A DNA stretch of 64,000 nt from Paraspadella gotoi. Its lineage: Eukaryota; Animalia; Chaetognatha. Below the pieces are notes generated by a model that worked only from the letters and a program-made list of their open reading frames with translations, made no database searches and was not told the origin of the DNA. The DNA is taken from positions 5,467,609 through 5,531,608 of the forward strand of contig CM119269.1 of the NCBI GenBank assembly GCA_051294375.1, in the 5' to 3' direction. The position numbers were made by a program, and so were the translations under genes. Below are positions 31,373 through 43,989 of this stretch, one piece after another. The first letter of the stretch is position 1. Each line of letters opens with the position of its first letter.

Positions 31373-33856
31373 TCATCCCCACTTGACTTGACTCCCCCCT
31401 AAATAAGCGTTGGGCGTGTTGGCGTTTCCGGTCACGTGACCGTAATTAGTTTTGAGTAGCGACTGTACTCCGGCCCGGTCGCCCTCCAACAAGTTCAGAT
31501 AAAACCAGGCCTGCATCAGAGGAGCGGGAGAGTTGGGCCCAAATAGCTCGTCGGCCTTGTCTAGGTTGTGTCTCGCCTTGTCCCCTTCCCCTCGAATCAT
31601 ATGCGCGACGGCAAGGTTGAGATGGACCACGCCCTTGGCGGTTCCCACATCGTTCGGCCACCAATTCCTATTGCTGCCCGAGGAGTCCTTGCGCGCCTCG
31701 ACTCCGTCTTCCGCGTCCGCGTTGGCTCCGGACGGAGAATTGGACGCTGGGCTGGAGGCGTTGGAGGAGCGAGCGACGGCGCCGTCAGTATTAGCTACCG
31801 TCACGTCGTCCACAAGGTCAGGGTTTAACAGCTGCACGGCGTCAGAGATGTTGTCCAAATTAAGCTGAGCCTCCGACATGTAAAGCCGCCCGAGAAACTT
31901 GTGTGCCCCAGAGAGTTTGGGTTGTGCAAGAAGGGCCTTGGCGTGGCGAAGAGCCATTACGCTGTCGTCGAGGACTAGGGCCACGTAGGCGGAGGCGGCA
32001 AGGATGGAACACCGCAACGACTGGATCTCCGACTGGGAGCGGATGGGGTTGCTCGGGGCCACGGGACAGAAGTGAGGTCCCTCGGTTCGGTAGGGGACGG
32101 CGTTGGAATCGGGTGCCTTTTGCGACTCGTCGCCCGACGCAGCTGACGACGATGTCGGAGTCGATTGGGCGGGCTCGTCGAGCGGAAGGAGGAGAAGGGC
32201 GTTCCGGAGGCAAAGAGCGGCGAACTCGAGCGTGGCGTTCGGAATCGCAGACGTTTTTAGGTCAGATGCGGATCCGTGATAGTAGTTGACAAAAAGGCCT
32301 CGCCCGAAGACGACCTTGCGGTGAAGACCCGAACCGACGCAACCCTCAACCACTTTGAGCTTCTCCGAGATTTCACAGGCCGCCTCGTTGCTCGTTCTGT
32401 GCGTTATCGGAAAATAGGTGTTGAGATTCAAAACGAGGAAAAAGATTAACTAAGAATAGGGAAAAAAAATAATTAGAAAAAATCAAAATATAAATAAACT
32501 GACGCACCTCGACGCCATGACGCACGCCTCGGCAAGCCGCAGCCAGAGTCTAGGGTTAAGGTGAAAGACTTGGACCACCTCCACCAAGCAATCGAAGGCC
32601 CCCGAGGGATTTCCGCTTTGCAGCAGTTGAACGCCGAGGTTGTAGAGGATCTCGTGCCGGTGGGAGAGGCCGAGGCAATAGACGGGGATTCCGTCGAAGG
32701 AGGTGGGCGGCGAAGCGCCCTTGGCCGAGGCCGCCATGTTCTTGCGCACCTCGTTGACCGCCTTCCGGTCCTCGTCGAGAGCCTTGCGAAAATAGTGCGC
32801 GGCTAAAGCGTGCTTCTCCATTCCGTGGTGCACGCAGCCCAGAGCCGTAAAGTACATGGATGAGAGAGATTCGCCGCAACTTATGGCCTTAGGCAAAGGG
32901 GCTCGGCCTTCCGAAGTGGAAACTCCGCCGCTGCCGATGACGCCGGTGGTCAACGCCGTGTTGAGGACCTTGAGAGCTTTACGCGGATTGTGCGCAGAAT
33001 AGGCAAAATAAGCTTTGAGATAGACGGCGGCCTGGGCGTTGGGACAGCTCGTCATCAAAACCTTCATCTCTCGCTTGCAGGGCTTCATAGAATGAAGCAT
33101 GATGAAGCCTCGCGCTTTATAGAGACTCAGTCGCGCTTTCCAAGTGTCCTCGTCAACGTCGGGCTTTTCGCTTTTCTCCTGCTGAGCCGCACCTCCGCCG
33201 CTCTTGGAGCCATTATTTCCGCCGGAACCGGCGCCGCTTCCGCCGCCCAAGATGAGTTTCTCGGCGACGGCGAGGAGGTTGAGCGCTTTCTCCGGTTGAA
33301 AGGTGCGGAGGTAGAGTTCGACCATGAGGAAGGCGAACTTCCGGGTGAGATTGTCCTCCATCGGCAGAATGAACTGGAGAAGTTTCTCGCCGATATCGAG
33401 GGCTGTTTGAAATTGGCACATGTGATAGTGAAGCAGGGTTTTGTTGTAGTAGTGCACACAGTGATCTAGATCTTCCAAGGCTTCTGGCTCGTCGATATTC
33501 TCACCGATCTAAAAAAATTTCGGGAAAGAGAGAGCGCAACGTTAGAAGTTCATCGAACACTTTCCAGTAGCCAACCCTTCAATCCTTACCGCGTTGAGAC
33601 TGCTCAAGTAAGTCTCGGTAAACTTGAGTCCGGTCCCATAGTAATCGGCCACGGTCTTGTTCTGCTTAACTTTGCTGTCGTTGGGTCTGAGTTGCGAGAG
33701 GCGACTTAGAGAAGACGACGAGTCTTTGAACTTTGCCGCCTCGAAGTCTTTGGCGGCTTTGGAGGCGAGATCCTTCTCCTCCTCGCTGATGGTGGATGAG
33801 AGGAGGTGTATCTCGAAGCCCGACTCCATACCCGCTCCCTCTTTCGAATCCGACAT
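31373..33856 (-). CDS. CNOT10: CCR4-NOT complex subunit 10, 3 exons
   Basis: ILYNLGVQLLQSG, AFDCLVEVVQVFHLNPRLWLRLAEAC, VGSGLHRKVV, TLEFAALCLRNALLLL, LRCSILAASAYVAL, KLSGAHKFLGRLYMSEA. Confidence 0.94.
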
Positions 33857-34322
33857 GATAATTCTTTTTTTTTTTTCTTAATGGGACTAATGCGTCTGAA
33901 GTAATGTTTTTATTGCTTCACAAAATGTTTAAGATACGGATCGGAACGCACGAAACACCAATCTACAATATTTTCATAGGTAATTTCAATTTATAATGGA
34001 AAAACTTTACTTATTAGAAAGAAAAAACTTAAATGAAATAAGAATATTTTTAATGATTCGAGAAGAAATTCTTCCTGGACGTTGACAAATGTTCTGGGCG
34101 AATCCACTTCCAAAATGAGATAGCGAGACCACCATCATTTGAGATTGAGGCGAAAACTATCACGATGTTCTTCCACTGTTAAATAAGAATTTGCAAACTT
34201 AAATTCTCCATCAAAATTATAGTAGTCTCGTAGACTAAAAAAAATTTAAATCATTTTGATAAAAACGACTGAAAACCTGGGAAATTTGGATGACGACGCC
34301 CGACAAAGGTCCATCGCTGGAT

Positions 34323-34400
34323 TCACTTGGATCTTTCTCTCATCTTTCTGCGTTTCCTTTTTAAGCGCCTGACACGCTTCTTATGCCACTTGGCCCGCAT
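34323..34400 (-). CDS. RPL41: Ribosomal protein L41 (eL41/eS32), copy b; below the ORF-track length cutoff
   Basis: ATG CGG GCC AAG TGG CAT...TCC AAG TGA = MRAKWHKKRVRRLKRKRRKMRERSK*. Confidence 0.95.
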   Translation of the reverse strand: MRAKWHKKRVRRLKRKRRKMRERSK

Positions 34401-34716
34401 ATTTTAAGTCAAGAAAAATCTGTCTGGAAGAAAGTCAATGAATACAATCGACAACAATCAATGTAATAGATGAACCATACAGATGAGTTCCATGTATTCA
34501 GCGTTCACATCAATAAGAAATGTATCTTCTGTGATCTGTTGAAAATCCAATATAAGAATATCAAGTCCCGTAATCTCTTTCTCGTTCCAGCTGCCAAAAA
34601 AAAAAGCAATTTATTCAATCTCATGGTCACTGCCATTTAATTGATTGTGGTATTTTGTAGACACTTACGTTAATGATCATTTTGGTTAAAATCCTCGTTC
34701 GATTTTGAGAATTCGA

Positions 34717-34794
34717 TTACTTAGATCGCTCTCTCATCTTTCTTCTTTTTCGTTTGAGACGCCGGACGCGCTTCTTGTGCCATTTAGCTCTCAT
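34717..34794 (-). CDS. RPL41: Ribosomal protein L41 (eL41/eS32), copy a
   Basis: ATG AGA GCT AAA TGG CAC...TCT AAG TAA = MRAKWHKKRVRRLKRKRRKMRERSK*. Confidence 0.95.
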   Translation of the reverse strand: MRAKWHKKRVRRLKRKRRKMRERSK

Positions 34795-34946
34795 GATTGT
34801 CTTTAGTTTGCTATTGACTATCAGTCAACAATATTCTGATCAAAACAAAAAAAATTAAATCACATTAAAAAAAATAATATTCCTATCACAGATTCAATAC
34901 CAAATACGAATTAAAAAGTAAAAAAGTTCATAAAATAATAAGACCA

Positions 34947-37372
34947 TTAGTCAAACGAGAGCCCCAAATGCAAAAAGAACCAATTGGCAATCAAAACGAA
35001 ACATTCCGCCTCCGTTTCGACTTTGTTGAGAGGATGACAATCCTCGGGAAAAGTCTTTAAGTCCACGGTTACCCCTCTCGCCTTAAGCGCCTTGTATAAC
35101 TGAATTCCCTGCGAAGGAGGAACCCTTAGGTCCTTCAGGCCGACAAGAATCAGGACGGGATTCTTGACCTTGTCAATGTGGAAGACCGGAGATCTCTCCA
35201 GTAGCTCGGCGTAGTCCTGGACGCTCGGAATGGCTCCGGGTCGGTAAGTAGAAGAACCCTTTCGTGACCCTTCTACGAACGCCCAATCGGGAATGTCGGT
35301 GAGGCTAAACATTGCAGCAATATTAACAACAGGGTTCCGACAAACGGCGGCGCGATAAAAATCCGGGAACTGGCTGATCAGATGGGCCGCTAAGAATCCA
35401 CCGTGGGAACCGCCAAAAACGACGACGCGCTCCGGATCCAGGACTAAATCTCCTGAGGCCGCATCTTCTTCTAACGCCTTCTGCGCCGCTGCGTGAACGT
35501 CCTTTACGTCCATGTCCCCTACCCTGCCAGGCAGAGCATCGATCGATGCTTGACCCTGACCCGCAGACCCTCGGTAATTCACTTTAAGAACGGCGAATCC
35601 CAGACGCAGCCATCCGGAGACGTAAGTCTGATATTCGTCGGGGAAAGCAGTATGCGGACCACCGTGGGGACAAACGATCATCGGCCGTTTTCCGGCTCCG
35701 GATGTCGGAAGATGAAGAATGGCGGTAAAATTGATCTTCGGTCCGCCGACGGGATCGAGAAAGAGAATTCGCGTGGATCCCGAGAATTCCGAAGGTAGGA
35801 AAAGACTAAAGATTGAAACCTTTTCTTCGCCGCGACGCAGGACGAGGGACGGTGGGTGATTCACGTCAGAATCTGTGAAGACGATGACGTCGCCGAGGAC
35901 GCCCAAAATGGAATGACTACGAGACGTGAGGCCACCGTCTACCACAGCGCAAGAGCCACTCTTAAAAACGTCGACGTAAAAGGCCCTGCGGTGACAATCG
36001 GCGAGGGAGTTGAACCAAATCTTTCCATCGTCGCTCCAGCAATAACGAGGAAGAGACTGAGCGAAAATTCCCGGAAACGATTCTCGATCCCGATTCCATT
36101 CGTGCACGACTTCGACGAGGGTTTCTGGTTCACTGAAATTCTCATCCTCGAAAGTCATGATTCTGAGTCGGGCGCACTGCCAGTGCGGACCACCGACCGG
36201 ATTTTCTAAAAAGGCAAGATGTCGGCCGCAAGGGGAAAAAGTCGGCGATTGAAGAGAGAAGCCAAGCGGGCCCACTTTTTTCGACTTGGGAACATCCTTG
36301 TCACTCTCTTAAAGAGAAATAAATTAAATTTCATAAGTCTTGCAAAAAAAACAACAAAAAAACAAAAAAAAAAATTAACTGACCAGCGCGAAGAAAATCG
36401 CCCAAGTTGACGAGGAAAAGATTGGAAGGTCGTATCGGGCAATACATAAGGCCAAGCTTCTCTTTTGAATGATCGAAACCTACAAAGACGATAGACAACG
36501 AGCCAAGCTTCGTCGCCCAAACTGCTTGAGCCGGTGAAACTCCTTCATCGGCGACGCCTTCCAGGACTCGAACCACGCCAGTTTCTATGGCGAGAACGCA
36601 GACGACTGGGCGGGCTTTTCCGACGAGTTGTTCGCCCCAATCTTCGACGAAATCGAACTGCGCGCCTCGGACGGGAACTTCTTTAGTGCCATCGCCCCTC
36701 TTTTCGCTCTCCATTTTGCCGAAAGGATCGAAGAACGAGGCGGTCTTTGGTTTCTTCCTTTCCGCGATGTAGAGAAGAAACTTCTCGCAAGGGGAAAACT
36801 GAATAGAAGTCGACAACGTATGTAAATAATAAATTGGTCATAATTATAAAAATACATCCAAATAAGCCAAATCTAAAAAGAAAATAAAGGGACTCGAATT
36901 AACAGCCTTCTCTAACCTCGAATGATCCAAACCATCCGTCGTTCCCGTACACTTTTCCATGCTTCTCCTGTGCGGCGACATTGACGGTTGCCACTCGCTT
37001 TTCCCTGTCCCAAACTTCGATCCATTGTTTTTCTTCCTTCTCCTTCTCGTCCAAGGATTGACGAAGCACAGCGAGGAGGCGACCTGACGTGGAGTGAACA
37101 CGCCACGCCTCCGAGGTCGCATCGACGGGAAATCCGATTTCGGCCGCGAGGAGGCTGCCATCCCCAGCCGAGTGGAGAACATGTTTGGTCACGAACTTTG
37201 TGATTACCTTACGTTCGAGATCGCGCTGTATCCAGACGGTTTCCAGTTCGAGAGCAAGGGGAATCGAGGAAGGGCGGACGAAGACATTCGCGGGGGTTGG
37301 AAATCCCGCCAGATGGCGAAAAGTCTCTACTATCCTTTTCGTCGTTAGCGACATTGTTTCGGAAGCGGACAT
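34947..37372 (-). CDS. APEH: Acylamino-acid-releasing enzyme (acylpeptide hydrolase, family S9C), 3 exons
   Basis: [16 protein letters not shown], nucleophile [43 protein letters not shown]. Confidence 0.95.
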
Positions 37373-37884
37373 GGCGCGATGAAGCTTTCAAGCCGAGCAA
37401 ATTCACCTGCGGAAAATAAGTTTTGGTGGGAGGGCATTCGAATGGAACATAAATATAAATTTTTCTTAAAGGTGTAAATGTAATAAATGAAAATTCGAAT
37501 ACAAAACAGGATAAACGAGTATAACAACAAATATTTCTACGTCGACGACTTTCGTTTCACTACAGAGTACCGTTGGACATAAGTTAATTAACGTATGGCA
37601 CGATAAAATAAACAGCAGAACTAAGTGGAATAATAGTTTCGCGTAAAAAATATAATCGAACAAAAGCCACAAGGACGAGGAGCCAGAGCAGTCTAAATAT
37701 GCAATGTAATACGGAATCGTTTAACACAGGTCGCTACGCTAAAAAGGCACATGGAATCCTGGAAAGTTTCGCAAATTAAAGAATTAATGAATGCTACCGA
37801 TGTAACCTTGTTCCTGCATGCACAAATAACTTTCTATCACAATTTCCCCTTTTTTTTTCAATTAAGATGTAAGAAAGAACGGAA

Positions 37885-39547
37885 TCATTTTTTGGTTGGT
37901 GTTCCGGAAGCGTTAGCCGCGTCAAAGCTTTTTTTGAGGCGGCGCTTAAGTTCAACGGGAAAGTGGTCGTAGCACTTTTTGCAGACGGGTTTCAGATCGA
38001 ACTCGTAGAATTTTGTCTTCTTGTTCATCTTCGAGTCACAGACGGAACAGGCGAAGTGGTTCACGCACCAAGACTTGTTTAGCGCGGAGAAGACGTCGCC
38101 AGAAATTACCATGTTGCATACAAAACACATGTTGCCAAACAACTGAGTAGAGGAGGCGATAAATTATTTTCTCAAATTTTTAGGTTTTTTTTTTTGTGAA
38201 ATCATTTTTTTTGTAGATTGAGAAAAAGTTTGAATTAGATTCAACAACGATTTATTTTTCAGATAGTGTATATGTTTCGACTTTAACTTCATCAGTACAC
38301 CACAATTGCTGATGATGACTTGAAATTAAAGTCGAAACATGTACTATCTGAAAAATAAATCGTTGTTGAATATAATTCAAACTTTATCTCCTGAGTTTTA
38401 TCCAAAATAAAAAAAACTAACCTGGTGATAATGCGTTTCACAATAAGCTAAGCCTTTCTTTTCGTAATGTCGAGTTCCCAGAAAGGGCTTCTCGCATTTG
38501 GCGCAAACAAAATGCTCCTAGTAAATACAAGAAGCAATAAATTTACAAGAAATACAAGTGACAGTTCCTCCACTCCCTTCTTCACTGACCACATGCCACT
38601 GTTTGCCGAGAGCGTTGACGACTCGGTCCTCGATAGGACGACGACACGCGCCGCAAATCGGCACGCCCATTTTGTCATGACAACGAAGGCAGTAGAGCTC
38701 TCCGTTTTTTTCTCGAGCTTCTGCGTTTAACTCAACCTTGCAGTTGTAACAATTGAAGTGGTAGGGGTGGTAGACCTCGCCTGCGTTCGGAGACGAAATG
38801 AGTTAAGGATTTAAACGAAAGAAATAATCCCTGCGCCGCCAACCTTTGTATTTTAGCGCGGGTTCGTCGATAATAGTGTGACACCGATGGCAGAGGCATC
38901 GGCCCAAACCCGACGCTTTTTCTCGCGCGTGACAATCGCGGCAGAGGGCGCGTCCCGCGTTTCGGACGAAGCCGGAGTCGGCGAGAACGGAGTCACAGGA
39001 GGCGCAACTGAGAAGAATAAAATACGTATAATGAAGTTCAAACTGTACGAAAAAAAAGAAGGGAATTCTGACGAAAATCTTTTTCACTTTCTACTAACCG
39101 AAAGCAGTCGGGATGCCAGGAATTGTTCATGGCTTTAATCACGCGACCGACAATGAAGGTCTTGCATTTGCCGCAACATGGAGCGAAGAGGACATTAAAA
39201 TCGTGCTCGCAATATTTTCGGTCTTCGAACTCGAAAAAGACGCCATCTTTAAATGGCTACAAAAGTGAAATTCGTTAATGGCATATAAAGCGGGAAAGGC
39301 AGAGTGATTCAAACTACCTGAAAACACTGAGCGCAGACAAAACACCGAGTGTGCCACGCCTCCTCGTTGCAATTGACTATTCGTTCGTCGGCCTGGAATC
39401 CCTCGCCGCATTGGGTGCAGCAATGCTCGTCTTTGGAAAATCCGTTCTGCTTGATGGCACTTAATGTTACTTAAATTTTTCTAAAATATTGAGCTTGGGC
39501 GAAAGCAAACTCACCTTCATGGTCGATGGTGGCTCCATATCGGGCAT
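37885..39547 (-). CDS. LIMS1: PINCH / LIM and senescent cell antigen-like protein (5 LIM domains), 7 exons
   Basis: [81 protein letters not shown]. Confidence 0.93.
38225..38385. mobile_element. Inverted duplication of a Penelope-like pLTR fragment carrying hammerhead cores (PINCH intron)
   Basis: Arms of about 70 bp are reverse-complementary. The + arm reads CTGATGA-T-GACTT...AAGTC-GAAA-CATG-TA (38309-38343). The - arm holds a partly deleted copy. Confidence 0.72.
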
Positions 39548-39936
39548 CGTTCGCCGAATCTCAATCCGTAAGGATTTTCTCGAATAAAGTTCAAAGAATC
39601 AAAGTTGAAGTCGCTTTACGGAAAATTCGAGAGAATTCCACGGCGCTTATCCATTTTTTTATACTTTCTATAAAATCATATAGGCGAGATACAAAAATGA
39701 AAGCGGATCGGCACTTGGGAGTTGGGAATAATTATAACTGAAGCAGAGTGTAACAAAGAAGATTATTACTCCTTAGTAATAAAAATAAATGCATGAGTAG
39801 AGTCTAACTGAGATAAGACTGAATGCAACGAACTCAATATAATCTAATTATTTTCAACAAAAGACTTTTTAAAATCCATCGGCGTCGCCCTAAAAGGCAA
39901 CGTCCTCCGAAGGATGAACTCACCGACGTTCGCCTC

Positions 39937-41380
39937 TCAATTCTTCAGAGGAAAAAAAGGAAACCTGAGCAGAAGTTCGTCGATGAAGCGAAATCGCTTC
40001 CTCTTGGGGGCGGAGTCGAGCTCATCGGTTGGGAAGGCGTGGCTTCCGCTGCCGCTGGACTTGGAAAAAATCACGCGGTTGTCGAGAGTTTTGACTCCGA
40101 GGGACGAAAGCAGCTCCACCGCCTCCTCCTCCGATCGAAACATCAGCACTTGGCAAAGGTGATCCAAAGGGTAACTCATGTTTTTTGAACTGAAATAAAA
40201 ATGTAATCATATTCACTGTTTGAGAGGAATAAGAAGAAAATAATCCTCCGGCTAACCTGTAAGCCACGCGCATGACAGTCAACGCCTTGACTTGGACAAA
40301 AACGCAGTGTTTCATCACCACGGCGAGCAAGAGCGGCGACTGAACGTCCCTAGCGAGGATCTTGAAGAACCGAAAATAATTTCCAGCCTGATAGGCGCGT
40401 CCGACGGCCACGGCCGTGCTGACGGGCGGCCGGTCGTGCAACGGCGTGGGCACACGGTTCAGGAGCTGATGAACGGCGTCGCCTCGATCGAGAGAGTTGA
40501 GCGCGTTCATGGAGTGGAATAGAGAAAAATTTCGCGCGAAACGACGCTGGTGCGAGGAGAGAGCCTGACCCTTGGCCGGTTGACGCAGCAAGGTAGAGGC
40601 GGAGCCGTCGTACAGGGAGAGGAGTTGGCCGAAGCATTCCGCGACGTGAGTCTCGTTGAATTTGACGACGAAGTTGGGTTCAGTGCAAAGGCGGTATCCG
40701 AATAATACTAGGAACGAGAGGGTGAGTTCATAGATCTGAACGGCGCCTTCACACGCGGCCCTCTGAACCACTAGATCCTGACGGACGGCGCGCAGCCGGT
40801 CGAAGATGAAGTCGTACGCATCGAGCGTAAAGGGACCTGTGATATAAAAAAATAGCGGAAGAAAAAAAAAAATATAGTTTTAAAGAAATGATTGATTATT
40901 TGTTTGTAAAACTTTCCCAAGTCTACCTTGCGGGCGTTGAGATAGTTCCCTCATTAAGTCGCCGAGCAAGTACTTTACAGTGCGAACGAGGACGTGAATC
41001 GGTCTCAACTCGTTCGTCCGTAAGCCTTTTCCAGCCGCCGGTCGTCTGAACTCTTTCACAACGCGCTTTCGGTCGGCCAGTGGCCTACGATAACTAATTG
41101 TAGAAAAATTAACTTGGTTTAATTAATTAATTCAAAAAATGTAAATTATATTTTATTGGCTGTAACAATTTCATTTTAAAATTTAAGTTTTAAAAATTAA
41201 TTCAAACCTTTCGGTTCCCTTTTGAATCTCGAAGGGGTGTAGTAGGCGAGCGTTTTCACGCTCCCGAAGCTCCTCGTCCGGACACATGAAGAGGCAGTTA
41301 CCGAGGATCGCGTCGCTGCGAGGGCCGTCCGAAGACGCGGAAAGCGACGAGGCTGCGTCGCTGGACGCATCACCCGTCAT
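39937..41380 (-). CDS. SAC3D1: SAC3 domain-containing protein 1, 4 exons
   Basis: GNCLFMCPDEELRERE...LHPFE, VKEFRRPAAG, ELRPIHVL, YDFIFDRLRAVRQDLVVQR, GNYFRFF. Confidence 0.88.
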
Positions 41381-41695
41381 AGTTTCTATCCTCTATTCTC
41401 GCGAGAGCCCGCTTAATCCATTGTCTGTTTTTACAAACGTCACTCGCGTCATTTTTACCGACTAATTATTAATTAATTATTAATCTATTTTAAACCTTAA
41501 GTTTCAAAAAATTAGTTGAACCATAAAAAGGAAAGCTCGAAATTTGTTTAATTTTTTTTTCAACAAAATCAAAAATTTGTTTCAACTGGTGGCGCTAAAA
41601 ACAATTCTCGAAAAAAAAAAACCAAAAAATTGGAAAGGGCGAATCGAAGCGGCGTTCCCTTCAGTCCCCGACCCAATATCGACCGTCTCCCCCGT

Positions 41696-42311
<616 letters not shown>

Positions 42312-42472
42312 TTCGTTAATTTTCTTTATCTTAACTTAAGAAAAAATCTAGAAAGGAAGGTCAAGCAGCTAGAAAAAAATTATTTCACTAAATTATAAAC
42401 TACATACTAAATACTAAAAGGGTGCAATGATTCATACATTAAATAGAATTAGATAAAGTAAATAAGTAACAG

Positions 42473-43963
42473 TCATTTAGAGCCAACCACAGCGTAACAT
42501 CTGGGAGATGCGACAGGATCAAACAAGCGCAATACGGAAGCGCTCGACACGTTTTCAGCCTCAAACAAAAACATGAGTCGGTCTAAAACTATGAGAGTCT
42601 CAACGACAGGAGCCAAACAGGTCCTCAATCGAAAGAAAGAAAACAACCGAGATTTGGCGCCTTCGTGTCTCGTCAAAACCTCTCTCAACTTTTCGTCGTC
42701 GGGGTGTTTTTCAGGCGGAAAGCCCAGTTTGACTAAAGCTTTCTTCAAATAGTCGAAATCGTCGGAACACTTGGGCCGGATCTTGCCGACGCGGTAGTCC
42801 GTGGAATCCTCGATTCCATATTGCTCGTGGAGCAAAACTTGGAGCACGGCCCGAAGGTGGAGAGAGATGTCGGGGGGGAGACGAAGATCGCGGGATCGAG
42901 CGGGCGGCTGATTGGCCAGCATTCTTGCGTTGCGGCCGATGCGAAATCCACGTGAGGCGAGGAAGGAGCTGAGAGGAAATTCACTGCTCTCGCCGCCAGA
43001 CGTCGCTTCTTCAAGCAAAAGGTGATAGCAGCAGCCGACGACACAGAGGCCGACGCAATCGGTTTCAGCAAAGCAACGCAGCACGACCGAAGCAAGGCCC
43101 CCGCACGTGTGAAGGCCGCACAAAATGGCAGGATCCTGGGGGAAAGGTGGAGCGTCAGCCGAGAATCCGTCGCATCGCAGCCGTTGAATTAAATCGGCGA
43201 GATGGGCGGACCCATCGATGGAAGTGGCAACGGATTTAAAGTGGCCCAAGGCAGACAAAAGCGGCGCATGGTTTTCACTCTTCAAAAGAGCTTGCCCCCT
43301 TTTCTTCATTTTCTCCTTTCGCTCCATGGCGCCGTGGGCCGTGACGCTGTTTCCCTCGATTCCGACCACTCGAAATACGGTCTTCGCCGATGTCGTCGTG
43401 CTGGAGAAGCTGGCGAGTTCCTGTCCCAAATAACCCTTACCGCTGCCGACATCGACCACCAGCCGGGCGCCGGCCTCTTCAGCGAGACGAGAGACGAAGA
43501 GCGCCATTCGCGGTATCTCGTGCTCTTTTTTTTCGGACATGAAGGTGTTGTTCTTTTTTTCCGAAATCCCAGAGTTGACCAGCTTGTCGGCGACGAAACG
43601 CGCCATCTTTGTGTGAGAGTCGGCGACGAGATCCTCACCGCAACGATCGAGCAGGTAAGGTAACGAGTTTCGTTCGGCAAAGGTGAGGAGTTGAACGAGT
43701 TCCGGCGCCGCGATCTCATCATCCTCGAGCGTCGACGGATCGAAAAAGACGCGATCGATAAAGTCGTCATCACATTGAAGATGAAGTCGTTCCAAGTCTC
43801 CTCGAAGACTGGGCCAAATCAGTTTGTTCCAATTATCCTTAACAAAAAAATCGACCATGTGGGCGTTTGCCAGCGGCAGCAGAGGTCGAATGAAATCCGC
43901 TACACTTCCAAGAATATTCTCCAATCGTCTCCGCCGATCGGCGTCTTTAGGGGTCACAGCCAT
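42473..43963 (-). CDS. METTL25: Methyltransferase-like protein 25 (intronless)
   Basis: ANAHMVDFF, MSEKKEHEI, VVDVGSGKGYL, GLHTCGGL, VGCCYHLL, LFDPVASPRCYAV. Confidence 0.9.
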   Translation of the reverse strand: MAVTPKDADRRRRLENILGSVADFIRPLLPLANAHMVDFFVKDNWNKLIWPSLRGDLERLHLQCDDDFIDRVFFDPSTLEDDEIAAPELVQLLTFAERNSLPYLLDRCGEDLVADSHTKMARFVADKLVNSGISEKKNNTFMSEKKEHEIPRMALFVSRLAEEAGARLVVDVGSGKGYLGQELASFSSTTTSAKTVFRVVGIEGNSVTAHGAMERKEKMKKRGQALLKSENHAPLLSALGHFKSVATSIDGSAHLADLIQRLRCDGFSADAPPFPQDPAILCGLHTCGGLASVVLRCFAETDCVGLCVVGCCYHLLLEEATSGGESSEFPLSSFLASRGFRIGRNARMLANQPPARSRDLRLPPDISLHLRAVLQVLLHEQYGIEDSTDYRVGKIRPKCSDDFDYLKKALVKLGFPPEKHPDDEKLREVLTRHEGAKSRLFSFFRLRTCLAPVVETLIVLDRLMFLFEAENVSSASVLRLFDPVASPRCYAVVGSK

Positions 43964-43989
43964 GTCGTAGATATTTTAGACGCGTTCGG

